64,000 bases of DNA, from the NCBI RefSeq assembly GCF_006345805.1, contig NC_042999.1:107384001-107448000 (forward strand). The letters are read 5' to 3'. Of the stretch, positions 1-12,187 are shown in pieces. This stretch comes from Octopus sinensis (lineage: Eukaryota). The notes beneath the pieces were generated by a model that worked only from the letters and a program-made list of their open reading frames with translations, ran no database searches and was not told where the DNA came from. How positions within the stretch are numbered: the stretch's first letter is position 1; each line of letters starts with the position of its first letter. Position numbers and translations under genes: made by a program.

Positions 1-1542
1 AATTAAATTATCCACAATATTCATAATGCTGAACCTTTTTTAATAATAGCCACCTGTAGGTTTCTCTTCTTAATTTTTTTTTTGTATTGTTTTTTACTCA
101 GATAATATGCCTGAAGTTAGCTCTTCCACCTTGATCCATTGGTTTTAGCAAAGAAGCTGTATCCTTGGGAATATATTCCACACTTACATTACAAGGTAAT
201 TTAAATTCACTGGATTGTTTGGAACCCCATCTAAAAGGAGAATGAGTTATTAGAAACATTATTATGCCTGACCATTACTTTTTACAAAATTCCTTGTAAA
301 CCAGTCTTAGAAAGTCTCATAGATGTCCAAATACTTTTGTTTGAAAACCAAATCACAGATTAAATTTAACCCTTGAAGTACCTTAAAGTTTTGGAATGAC
401 ATGTAAATAAGGGTTTAAATTCCATTCTTTTCTCTTACAAGGAAACTTTTTAAGCTGGTACTGATTTTTCTTCCCAAGAACTGAAAGTCCTACTATGTGT
501 ATACTCCCAGAAAAGTTCAGTTAGACCAACATTTTACACTTGTTTCAGAACGTAGCCCTTTTTAGCAATGATTTCAGCTCCTTAGGATAATTACCAGAAG
601 CCCCTATGTTGGTACTAGCAGTTTCACTGTTCATTTTATAATAATGTTGCACATAGGCGCAGGAGTGGCTGTGTAGTAAGTAGCTTGCTTACCAACCACA
701 TGGTTCCGGGTTCAGTCCCACTGCGTGGCATCTTGGCAAGTGTCTTCTGCTATAGCCCCGGGCCGACCAATGCCTTGTGAGTGGATTTGGTAGACAGAAA
801 CTGAAAGAAGCCTGTCGTATATATGTATATATATATATATGTGTGTGTGTGTTTGTGTGTCTGTATTTATCCCCCTAGCATTGCTTGACAACCGATGCTG
901 GTGTGTTTACGTGCCCGTAACTTAGCAGTTCAGCAAAAGAGACCAATAGAATAAGTACTAGGCTTACAAAGAATAAGTCCTGGGGTCGAGTTGCTCAATT
1001 AAAAGGTGGTGCTCCAGCATGGCCGCAGTCAAATGACTGAAACAAGTAAAAGAGAGTAAATGAATGCACCACTTAAACCATTCAAACCAGACTTTATTAG
1101 CAAGAAAACGTTTTACATCAGAAGTTACAGGTTTATCTTTCTGCAAATTGTTATGCCAGCTTTTAGCTTACACCTTTGTTTGAATGACTATTTGTGTTCA
1201 TCAGCAAATTATGTCCAGTTTGATCATTGATCTATGCACTCAGGAGCCATTCCATGTTAGACATCACATCAGATCTACGAAAAAACACTGTCTGGGTAGT
1301 TAACAGAATAACTACTTATTCTATTAACTACCCAGGCAGTGTTTGATCTAATTTTGCTTTTATTATCAGGCATAGTTCTCATTGCAGAGATTGAAAACTT
1401 TAAGGCTTTTGTAAAATGGCTGAATTTTTCTCCTGCATTAAACTGTTGTGAAACATCAAGATTAACATCTAGCATTATCTCTCTGCTGTTCCTTGTGAAA
1501 CTGCCACCTTCACTTTCATTTGATGGACTCTTTCTTTATCAT
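1..1542 (-). pseudogene. Tigger/pogo-family (CENP-B HTH + DDE_1) transposase relic, frameshifted, running off the window's left edge and interrupted by a SINE
   Basis: Minus-strand translation gives Tigger-like blocks in the correct order: N-terminal HTH-like MLDVNLDVSQQFNAGEK..ALKFSISAMRTM; FLANKVWFEWFK (cf. ASRGWFxRFK); MNSETAST..YPKEL..KGYVLKQV*NVGLTELFW..SRTFSSWEEKSVP (cf. GEAASAD..YPEDL..GYTKQQIFNVDETAFYW..SRTFIAREEKSMP); VIWFSNKSIW; LILLLDGVP; EYIPKDTASLLKPMDQG (cf. FMPANTTSILQPMDQG). Stops and frameshifts throughout. Confidence 0.9.
654..1060 (+). mobile_element. tRNA-derived SINE, family A (full length, internal (TA)n(TG)n microsatellite)
   Basis: Head ggcgcaggagtggctgtgtagtaag (A-box-like) ... 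gggttcagtccc (B-box-like); body recurs at 19115-19521, 20935-21407 and 23505-24175; tail gaaacaagtaaaagag. Confidence 0.9.
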
Positions 1543-4539
1543 CTTGAGTAAGAGTAATGCACTGTACTGTATAAAGTTTGAAGATATATCCTATTGCAGC
1601 AGTGGTAAATGTAAAATCCACACTTCATAGAAAAATAGAATCTAAGGAAAGTGGTGTTGTGTAATTTCAAATAAATTATAATAGTTTATTACTGCAAACT
1701 CAAGAATGAAATGAGAACATTAAAGGAATAAAAACAAAATAGAGAGACAAGGAAACCTTTTAGTGTAGGAAGATATATTTCAAGGTCTAAGCAAGTGACA
1801 AAACAAAGGCAAGAATGTTGAGAGCAAGGAAAAACAAAGTGAAATGAATTAATGTTTACAAAAACAAGTTGGATGTTTAGAAGAGAGTGGATAGCTGCAA
1901 TCAAAAACAAGGTATAAGAGAAGAAGAGAGTGTAACATATGTGTTGACAAAAATATTGAGAACAATGAAAAATGTAAAGTTAATAGGTAAAAAAATAAAT
2001 TTAAAGGACTGAATACTTGTAGGCACTAAGCAATAAAAATATATAGAAAATGGAGCCAAAAATGACAGCAGGAATGGACAATACAATAAAGTATCACAAC
2101 AAATATATATTATTTTTTTTAAATGAGTTTTCACACATGTGTGTGTGGGCATGCACGTGTGTGTGTGTGTGTGTTAGTGTCCTGCTTTTAATTTTTAACA
2201 TCGTTAAGTTGTTCTTAGTTTCTGTAATGGCAGAATCATAGGGTGTATCTCAAAATTAGCGGACATTCCTAATAATTTTCACTCACACAGAATTTCATCA
2301 CTTGGAGAATACTTGTAGATATGTAAGTGTGCACCAATAAAATGTGCTTATAAAAAAGTATCTATCCAGGACAGAAGATTGGCAGAACTGTAAAAAGGAA
2401 AAGGAAACTGGATGCTTCATGCATTTATTTTGGCTCTTTGTGCACTTGGGTTAAATTCTACCATAGCCTATTTAGGTGGAAGAGTTGATCTGTCACCCAG
2501 TTCAAAACCACCACCAGGCACCTAAGGAGCTTTTAGTAGATTTCACTGTAGGTTTCCAGTTTGAGGATGCCTTCCTCTCTTCCTCCCACCAGTCTTAGAC
2601 ACCCTATAAAAGAATCATGGGAGTTGTTTTCTCTCCTGAGTAAAAGATAAAAATAGAAAGACCAGTCATGGTTCAATGACGGGTTGTTTGATGTCCTTGA
2701 ATTTTATAATTTTTATTTACCTGCAATGGAGTTCCACTGTAGAAGCAACACGTTTACTTTGAGCTATATTGTTTAGAACAATCTCTACTGTTGCACAGGT
2801 GAGTTATTATTGTTATCTAATCCATGGGCCAACAACGATCAGCCCACTTATGACCAAAAGTGTTCTTACTCTAATCATCCCATCTTATATTCAAATAGTG
2901 TCTTGTTACATTATCCAAGTGATTTAATTATCTTTCACATTATCTTTTTTTAAACAGTAGAGTGAGAGTTGAAAGATATTTGATTTTTTTTAGCAGATAG
3001 AGTAGCTATGTAGGGACTCACTCACTATTTTAACAATGTGTTAGAAAGTGTCCCAAATATATGCTAAGTAAGCTTATTCCAGTATTTCTTTTAAAGCTGG
3101 TTAGACCATTTTAGATAATGCAGGGCAACAGATATAGTGCTTCTTATATACACATTCTTAATCACCTCTTCCAGTAGGTTGATGGCATAGAGGAATCATA
3201 TATTCTTTTAATCCTTACCATCTGTATGAAGGTGAAAAACCATTGCAGTGAACCAATAACTGGTCTGTTGGAATCTTATTTATGTAGAAATATCCAACGA
3301 TGTCATCCTTTATACATGCATGTAATATAACAAAACTTATTGACATTCCTCACCTTTTTGCAAATGACCTTCTTTTGTTTTTCTTCATACTTCTGCTGTT
3401 GCTGTTATTTCAACATTCCTTGTTGTTCCATTTCTATTCCAACAATGTTATTGACTAAGTTGTTAGCATTGCCACTGTTATTATTGTTGTTTTGGTTGAT
3501 TTCACTGTGATTTTATTGCTAATGCTGTTTCTAGAGTGATTCATTTTGTTTTTGCAAATGCTGTTGACAGTGTATAGCTGATGCCAGCTTTTATGCTTTC
3601 GTTCCCTTTCTACATATTATTACAAGTAAAAACAGAAATGTTATCATTCTCACTTTCTAGTTTCTCACAATCTACTGATACCATATGCTTAATCATTTTC
3701 TTTGCATGTTGATAGACATCTTGTCTTTAAGGTTCCGTCTTTCAATATCATCGAAGTTACAGCTTCTCCAAATCTTCTTTCATTCTGTGATAAATCTATC
3801 TACTAAATGAACAATAAAAAGTATCAACTCAGACATTTTCCAGGCAGAAAGTTATCTCCTATAAAAATACATATATTTTGTATTATATAATGCCACCTTC
3901 CAAACGGTTTAGGCAACAGAGATGTTTATCACTCTTATCTAGGCAACATTTTGAACACAAATTTTTCCAGAATAATCCAGAAAGCAAAAAATGTATAGAT
4001 ATTTCACATACTTTCCAGTCTTTCAACAGGTAGAGGGATTAGCTCATATTAGCCCTGAACTCACAGGTGCCAATAGAAGCTATCATCTGTTTTTAGTGTA
4101 CTACTTATATCTTCAAATCAGTAGGATTATTTGATTAAAATTTTTAATAATCTTCCGTTTTGTCAACGTCTGTGGCCACAGTATGGCTGAACGCTTAGAA
4201 GCTTGTTTTGCAAATACAAGGTATCCTTTATGTTACATTGGGTAAATGTCATTTTCAAAAGCCCCAGATCAATTCATACTAAGTGAGCAAACATGGTACA
4301 TGAAAACTGGAATCCAACGGTTGGATTGTAACTGAAGTTTAAAATACAAAGTTTCATCACATGCCATGTTTGTAGATTCTATCTGAGATGTACATAATAT
4401 GAGCATGTGTTTGTGAAATACTCATTCACTCACACATGCACCAACTTTGAAAATCAAGTGGAATGGCCATAACTTGAAAGTATTTGATTATCAGTCTGTT
4501 TAGTCATGACTGATCTGGAGTTAATAATTTTTTCTATGT

Positions 4540-4910
4540 TAGGCTCAAAACCAGCAATTTTGAGGAGTTAGTTATTATCAATGACTCAAGTACTTCTGTT
4601 ATAGTTTATCAACCTCAAATTGACCTTAGCTGGATTTGAACTCTGAAATTAAAGAATTGGAAAAATATTGGTTTCAAGTTTTGGCACAAGGCCAGCAATT
4701 TCAAGGGAGGGGTAAGTCAATTACATCGACTCGTATTTATTTTATTGACCCCCAAAAAGGATGAAAGGCAAAGTTAACCTCAGTGGAATTTGAACCCAGA
4801 ACTTGAAGACATGAAATTATGCCTGGCATGCTAATGATTCTGCCTTAGAGGTGAAAGAAATATTGCAATATATTTTGTCCAATGTTGTAATGATTCTGCA
4901 AATCCACTAC
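4540..4910 (-). mobile_element. Degenerate, nested/tandem copies of SINE family B
   Basis: Family B motifs ttttggcacaaggccagcaatt and aaaggatgaaaggcaaagttaacctcagtggaatttgaac. Confidence 0.7.
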
Positions 4911-5788
4911 CATAAAAGCTGAACAATAACAAATAGCAAATCTATACTTTCCACAAACTGTTCCCCCATTTTAGTTTCTTCTCATTTTCATTTCACTTAG
5001 ATAACACCAATAAATTCATTGACCTGTTCTAAATAAACCCCTCCCCAAAAATTTTAATTCCCCACAAGAGATTGTCAATGAGAATTCTTACTAAATTTTT
5101 TGTTCATATACGATGGTTTCAACATATATTTTTTTCATTTTTAGCTATTTCTCTTCCTGTCTCTACTACATCTTTTATATTCCTAAATTTAACAGGAAAT
5201 ATTCAAAGGCTTACAATTTTCCAAAGTTCATTGTTCATACAGCATATCATTTCTCACATCGCATTTAAAGCTCTTTCCTATTTCATCATTCCATACTCTT
5301 TTACTTCACAGTGAGTAAGCCTGCCAATCCATGTGTAAATTAATGTCTTTTTTCCTCAATTTACACCAAATGTGCTGTATCACAAATAATTACAATTTTT
5401 GTTTTTACTATTTGGTAATTTCTTTTGGATCCTTTTATTTGTTCTAGTTATTTCTATCCCTTGAGAGAGTCTCTATTTGGTCCTTGGTCACTGAAGCTGG
5501 CATAAACATTAGCCAAATTTTCCTTCCAAATCACTCTTTACTCTCTTAAAAAAAGAAAAGCCACATTTGATAATGTAGTTCTAATTATATTATGCCTGAA
5601 AAGAAGATGAACTGGAAAACATTTGATCATAGGTTTACCAAATCAAGGCTGAATCGGGGTTAAATGACAACAACCATTTGCTTCTTTGCTTTCCTTTTTT
5701 TTCTTGCAATTTTCCCAAACTCCATAATGGCACTTCTGCTACATCTTTGGAAATTAATAATTCTTGTTTTTTGTAATGTCAATTTCTA

Positions 5789-7048
5789 TTAGGTCATCCC
5801 AGAAATAATGTGGTCTTTCATACTTCTTTTATATCTCAAAATTAAGATAAACAAAGTTCTTTTTTAATCTAAAATATACTCTTTTTCATTTTCTACAATT
5901 CTCATCCATCTATCTGGTAGACTTGCAAGGCCCCTCTTCCAAAATTCACTTGTCTGTGATGAAAAATACTCCCCCAGTACTATTCTGACCTCGTCTACAG
6001 AATTCATATTTTTTTCATCCAAATGATTTTGAAGACTGCAGAATAAATTATATTGAGATGGGGCAATGTCTAGCGAATATGGTAGGTGCGGCATTGTTTC
6101 CCATTCAAACTGTTCTAGCCTTTGGAATGTCATCCTTGCTGTATGAGGCCAAGCATTATCCTGATGGAAGAATACCTTTCATCTTGAAACCAAAGATGAT
6201 TGTTTTTCTTCTAGCACTGACTTAAATCCCTCAAGCTACTCACAGTAGATCTCCTTTGTTATCATTTGGTTTGGGTTTAAATGTTCAAAGTGGACTAAAC
6301 CTTTCAATACCTGACATAGGAGAAGACCTTTACCCAGGGTACTGGTGTTTCTCTTTTCCCTGCCCTCTGTCTTGGGTGCTTGACATTTTTACAGAGCACC
6401 CATTTCTTATCACCAGTCATTATTCAGTCCAAAACAGGTTCATTCGTGAGACCTGACAGCAAAGAAGAGTACACATTGATTCTCTGTGCATGATTAGACT
6501 CAGAAAGTTTGTGAGGAACCCATTGACCTAATTTGCTGACTTTCCTGATGGCACACGGGTATCAATGACTGGTTGAATAAGCAAATCCAAGCTTCTCTGC
6601 TACTTCCTCAACAGTTACGATGGGATATTCTTCTGCCAGGGTTTGCAGGATGTCCTTGTCAAGCTCTACAAATCTTCCAGGACAAGGCTCATCTTCTAGG
6701 CTGTAGTTTCTGGCTCTGAATTTTTGGAACCACCATTGACACTGGCTTATGCTTATTGTCCAATCCCCATATAATGCATTAATATTCTTCACACTTTCCA
6801 TTGCGTTGTTGCCTTTATTGAACTCATAAAACAAAATATGTAAAATATGTTCCTTTGTCACTTCAATTATAGCTTTGAAAAAATAACTTAAAATCGAACT
6901 GCACTCCTCAAAGCTTGCACCAAGAATAAGGAGAACATAAATTTACTACTTGCTTTCATAGCAAGTTGATGCAGGTAGCTTATCCCACCTCCCTCTGCCT
7001 TTTAGTTCATGCAATTGAAAAGCCTGCATCATTTATGGGATGACCCAA
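5789..7048 (-). mobile_element. Full-length (1260 bp) inactive mariner (DD34D) DNA transposon
   Basis: Imperfect TIRs ttaggtcatcccagaaataatg (5789) and catcatttatgggatgacccaa (ending 7048), each flanked by TA (5787-5788, 7049-7050); contains a transposase pseudogene. Confidence 0.95.
5864..6861 (-). pseudogene. Mariner transposase pseudogene
   Basis: N-terminal KEHILHILFYEFNKGNNA..WWFQKFRARNYSLEDEPCPGR (HTH); MTGDKKW (first D); FFHQDNAWPH (second D); PYSLDIAPSQY, where the third D, 34 residues later, is replaced by Q; C-terminal LPDRW..VENEKEYILD. Internal stops, frameshifts and a small deletion. Confidence 0.95.
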
Positions 7049-7423
7049 TATTTACTTTCCTTGGCTTTGAATGGTCAAGTCTTGCCAGCAGGATGAATAT
7101 TATAAGCCACAAGTGAAATTTATATTTATTATTAATTTACTTTGAAATTTTATTCTAGTATTTTCTAAAATATGTTGTAGTAATATCTTAAAAAACATTC
7201 TAACCTGATTTTTTTAAATTTTGAACCTTTAGTTAGTAGACTTATAAAAATAACTCTCTGGCCACTATTTCATAAGACATAGTGCCAGCTGAAAGATATG
7301 GAGTTTAACATCAACATAGAGTCACAAATGTGGCAGGTAGGAGTCTAGATATTCCAGTTAATGACTGGAACATAATTTATCAACACCCAAAATAATAAAA
7401 GATAAAGTCAGAATATAAAGGAA

Positions 7424-7634
7424 TGAAAGTAAATATCATAAGGAAAGAAATATCATAAAGAAAGGAAATATCATAAGGAAAGGAAATATCACAAGGAAAG
7501 GAAATATCATAAGGAAAGGAAGCATCATAAGGAAAGGAAACATCATAAGGTAAGGAAACACCATAAGGTAAGGAAACATCATATGGGAAGAAAATATCAT
7601 AAGGACAGGAAATATCAAAAGGTAAGGACATATC
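7424..7634. repeat. 18-bp minisatellite (consensus AAGGAAAGGAAATATCAT), about 11 units
   Basis: Visible tandem units with graded variants (aaggtaaggaaacaccat, aaggacaggaaatatcaa). Confidence 0.95.
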
Positions 7635-7689
7635 TATCACCCTACCAATTCTTCTCTCTACTGTCTTTACTACTCTAAAAATAATTATG

Positions 7690-7895
7690 ATTGTTTCTAC
7701 CATAGGCACAAAACCTAAAAGTTCTGAGTAGAATTGGTCAATACCATTGACTCCAGCATTTGACAGGTACTTTATTACATTGACACTTAGTGTTTGAAAG
7801 GCAAAACTGATCTCACCAATATTTGAACTCAGAACATAAAGTACTACAAAGCATTTTGTCCAACATTCTAATGACTCTGCCTAGTCATCACCACT
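7690..7895 (-). mobile_element. Degenerate SINE family B
   Basis: gaaaggcaaaactgatctc..atttgaactcagaac..gcattttgtccaac motifs. Confidence 0.6.
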
Positions 7896-8538
7896 TCTAA
7901 TGTCAACAACGATGACAATACTTACGCCACCAACAACTCCAGTGATTACAATATTAAGATGCAATAGATTAATTCTTAAAACTGCACTAAATGCAGAAAA
8001 TAAGTTGATAGGCATCAATACTTGAGCTGTCCCAATAATAAAGTACAATTATAATATTCCTTAATTGAATACAGAATGAACAAGACTTGATGGAAAAAAT
8101 AAGAAAAATAATGACTACAGGAAGATTACCATAAAAATTCATGTAATTTGTGCAGCTGTGTAATTTACGCAGGAGATTTTCAGGATAAAAATTGTTAAAA
8201 AAGTTTCTACTCATGTAAAATTTGCACCCAAAAGTTTTCAGAATTGCCAATATGGCTATGGGGAAATGGTTTTCAATTTAGTTGTATTTAGCAAAATTTC
8301 ACTTATGATTAGATTTTATTAAATTTTCATTAAATAAAAATATTTTCTGTTTAACAGGTATCACATTGAAAGCTGTTAAATTATGAAGTATTTGTGCTGT
8401 TTATAATAAACGTTATTTTACATTTCTTGCCCACAAGAGATTATGTCCAATCTTTAGCATATGTCTTCTCAAATCACGATCACAGGAAAAGTTGTTGATA
8501 AGTTTTATTAACAAAAGCAAAGCTGATAAATATGCACA

Positions 8539-9255
8539 AGAAAGACCTGGGATGAGGTGGTGAAGCACGACCTTCAAACTTTAGGTCTCACTGAGGTAAT
8601 GACCAGCGACCGAGACCTTTGGAAATATGCTGTGCGTGAGAAGACCAGGTAGGACAAGTGAGTCCAGCCCACTTATGCATGCCTTTCCTCCCTTGGACAC
8701 ACAAAGACCTGTTGAGGCAAGCGAAGTCGATATCAAACCTCATCCGACGACAGGCACCTATGCCAACCCCCCTTTGCTTGCGAAGACCTGTTGGGGCAAG
8801 TGAAATCGGAATCGAAATTGAACTAATCCTATGACTGGCACCCGGCAGATGCCAGGACGCCTGGACTGGAGACACGTAAAAAGCACTATCCGAATCGTGG
8901 CCGATGCCAGCGCTGCCTCGACTGGCTTCCGTGTCGGTGGTACGTAAAAAGCACCATCTGAATCGTGGCCAAAGCCAGTGCTGCCTCGACTGGCTTCCGT
9001 GCCGGTGGCACGTAAAATGCACCAATCCGACCGTGGCCGATGCCAGCCTCGCCTGGCACCAGTGCAGGTGACACGTAAAAAGCACCCACTACACTCACGG
9101 AGTGGTTGGCATTAGGAAGGGCATCCAGCTGTAGAAACATTGCCAGATAAGACCGGAGCCTGGTGCAGCCTTCTGGCTTCCCAGATCCCCGGTCGAACCG
9201 TCCAACCCATGCTAGCATGGAGAACGGACGTTAAACGATGATGATGATGATGATG
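8539..9255 (+). mobile_element. 5'-truncated RTE-clade LINE 3' end (ORF C-terminus + repeat-containing 3'UTR + (GAT)n tail); family E
   Basis: Encodes RKTWDEVVKHDLQTLGLTEVMTSDRDLWKYAVREKTR (typical RTE ORF end), followed by a UTR with four cacgtaaaaagcac-containing units; ends gttaaac(gat)n. CpGs are retained, so the copy is young. Confidence 0.88.
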
Positions 9256-9776
9256 AAGTTTTGCAAAATAAGTTTAATTACCAATCGGCTTGGATGACAC
9301 TTTACTCAACCAACAGAGAAAGGTGACTGATCAAACTGATTATGTAAAACAGAATTCTGATTGGATGAAAGTGTCTTGTCTCAAGCTCTGATTTTCTGCC
9401 TATTCTTGTCAGAATCTTTGATATGGAATATCGAAGTTTTAATCCCTTTCACACTTATAAAATGTCAAGCTAACTTAAAATTTGTCATTACCATTTTAGG
9501 AAACCCGCCTGATAGTTTGGCAATCCGCTAAAATAAACATTAAAAATCGAAAGGATAAAATAAACAGCTTCGCAAGTTTATTGAACAAGAGAGGTGTGAA
9601 ACTTAAGCGACTTGCTAGAGTATACACGTCTGTGAGAAGACATAAACAAGAATAGCAAAAATCTACTATACCAAAAGAACTGATAATACATACATTGCAA
9701 GTGTTCTATGAAGAGAACATAAGATTGCTGTATAATTCAACATGAATATGAAACCATATTAAACATCGTATGAGGT

Positions 9777-10048
9777 ATCATCATCGTTTAACGTCCGTTC
9801 TCCATGCTAGCATGGGTTGGACAGTTCGACCGGGGATCTGGGAAGCCAGAAGGCTGCACCAGGCTCCGGTCTTATCTGGCAATGTTTCTACAGCTGGATG
9901 CCCTTCCTAATGCCAACCACTCCGTGAGTGTAGTGGGTGCTTTTTACGTGCCACCTGCACTGGTGCCAGGCGAGGCTGGCATCGGCCTCGGTCGGATTGG
10001 TGCATTTTACGTGCCACCTGCACGGAAGCCAGTCGAGGCGGCACTGGC
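9777..10048 (-). mobile_element. Family E (RTE 3'UTR) truncated copy, inverted relative to 8974-9246
   Basis: Near-identical reverse complement of 8974-9246 with only a few substitutions. Confidence 0.92.
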
Positions 10049-10899
10049 ATTCTGTAGGAATGCTAAGTCATATTCATTTAGTGAGTTTACATGTGAAAGG
10101 ATGAATTATGATGTTGTCATTGGCAATGTCAGTGGTGATGAATTTCATTGTCCTTGTCATGCATGGGAAATAAAATGTGGTTCACCTACCTTCTCTCGTC
10201 TGTGCCTGTTGAGTAGTAGTCACTCCAGCGATCCTGCCCTACCCTGTCACACAGTATAAGCAGCTGCTACCTGACCAACCCAGGAGCGAATTCCCTGATG
10301 TCCATTCACGATGCCTCAGTGGACAAGAATTAGTTGACCCTGTCCTGTCTCCCCCACACTTCCCTTCTTACACTTCCTCTTCCAGTCAGTTCCTTGACCA
10401 TTGACATCATGGCCCTCTTCTTTCAGCTCATCCCCACAGTCCTAATGTGGAGAAAGTTAGCAATAGCTTCCTGGAGACAAACGCAAGCTAAATTTCTTAA
10501 ACAAAGAAACACTGATCTATTTAAGGAAATTGCTGGGTTCCATTGCAATAGATAGAAACTCCAAGCAATGTAAAATAAGGCCCGGATTGTGATTACCAGC
10601 ATGAACGTCAAACTTCAAAAAGTAGTTAACCTTTTAGTGGTTTTAGTAAATTTATCCAGCATAAATAAAAGTCAACTTCACTTTATTTCTCTGTAAAAAC
10701 CTATTCTGACATTAAATGAATCAACTTCCCATACGAATGTTTACATCTGCGCGTCATTTTCCAACAAAAAAATTTCTAAAATATTCTGGAAACAATCTTC
10801 TCATTTAATTTACGCACACCCTAAAGTTTATTTTTGTTTTTGCAAAAAAAAGTGCGTAAATTATATGGGTTTTTATGGTATTTTTGCCAAGAATAGAGA

Positions 10900-11530
10900 T
10901 TTAGGAGCCTTATGCAAATAGAAAACTACAGATATATCTTTGTAAATAATCATGAAGAGTTAATAACTACAAAACAAATAACCACAAAACAAAATAGTTA
11001 TTTTGTTTTCAGGGAAACTAACAAATACAAAGTAGAAGCTGAAATGACAGAAATTTATGAAGAAAAGAGGAGAAAGAGCAGAAATTGCAAAGAACTAAAT
11101 TCTAAGATAGAAAGGTGATACTAAATGCTATAATGAAGTAGCAGCAAGAAAAGCCCCTACATTTTTTTTTATGGCAATCCCTATAAAAGCTGAAAAGAGT
11201 GAGAATAGATTAGGAAAATTACAACGTTGGTTGAGAAACAGAGGGCTTAAAGCCAAAACTGAAGTATTCTTCATTGCAGCATAAGGCCAAAGTCTCCTCA
11301 GCAGAAATCATGAGAAAATATACCAAGAAACTGAATATGGTAAGAGCAGAATATATGGAGATAGTGATAAGAATAATTCCCCACTGTGTTTATTGTTTCC
11401 TAGGCTTACCTGAGAAAGACTACATCCACACACTCGAAAGAGTCGAGATTACACAATTGGAAACTATGCAAGTGTAATGAAATATCAATGGAAATGATAT
11501 GGTACACACCATAAAAAGCGAGTATATGAC
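10900..11530 (+). pseudogene. Degenerate R4/Dong-like (RLE) non-LTR retrotransposon fragment
   Basis: GLKAKTEVFFIAA*.QSLLSRN (cf. LKAETEGFIIAAQDQSLxTRNY) and PEKDYIHTLERV; same region as 29788-30030. Confidence 0.7.
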
Positions 11531-11873
11531 ATGGAAAACACCCTATACAAAAGGAATGAAATGATTCAACCCAACAGATCCAGGATTACCTTCGCTATCA
11601 AGTTTCTGTGTTGGGCCTTATTCACAACACACCCATCTTTCAGTACATGTAGTGGAAGACATCACCACATCTCTGCATGTATTTTGAAAGAGTTGATGAC
11701 AGCTAGTCCACCTTACAATGTCTTTTACAATAGTTACCAAACAAATGAAAACTACCTGCCCTTTTTCATTTTCACTTGACCAAGCTCCATCAAAGAAACA
11801 ATTTGAGGAGCAATATATCTATTATTAATATCTCCATGCTGAATTACAAAAATAACCACAAACTACTAGTAAA

Positions 11874-12187
11874 AACGATAAACGTCACCTTTTTTCAAGC
11901 CTAGCCAGGCTCATGGGCCCAGTTTCCCGGTTTCTGTGGTGTATGTGTTCCCCCCAGCTGGATGGGATGCCAGTCCATTGCAGCATTACTCAAGAAACAG
12001 GAAGAGAGTGAGAGAAAGTTGTGGCGAAAGAGAACAGGGGTCACCACCACCTCCTGCTGGAGCCTTGTGGAGCTTTTAGGTGTTTGCGCTCAATAAACAC
12101 ACACAGCGCCTGGTCTGGGAATCGAAACTACGATCCTCCGATCACGAGTCTGCTGCCCTAACCACTGGGCCATTGCACCTCCACAAG
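11874..12187 (-). mobile_element. tRNA-derived SINE (family D-like head, family C-like tail)
   Basis: Reverse complement reads gtggaggtgcaatggcccagtggttagggcagcagactcgtgatcggagg..gtttcgattccc; TSD ctactagtaaa at 11863-11873 and 12188-12198. Confidence 0.88.

Noticed and set aside
1195-1210. CTGATGA matches at about 1200 (-), 12455 (-), 34440 (+), 38220 (-) and 53723 (+)
   Set aside because: No stem II followed by GAAA; not hammerheads.
2777-3820. Possible spliced pair TISTVAQ|VPSFNIIEVTASPNLLSFCDKSIY* followed by AATAAA
   Set aside because: Weak acceptors, no recognisable protein, and expected by chance in AT-rich DNA.
8870-9095. Regularly spaced short repeats resembling a CRISPR array
   Set aside because: The spacers are mutually similar, the context is a eukaryotic LINE 3'UTR, and there are no cas genes.
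8886-10259. Duplicated MLAWVG..LQLDALPNANHS ORFs resembling a gene family
   Set aside because: Antisense readings of the RTE 3'UTR (family E), repeated throughout the window.
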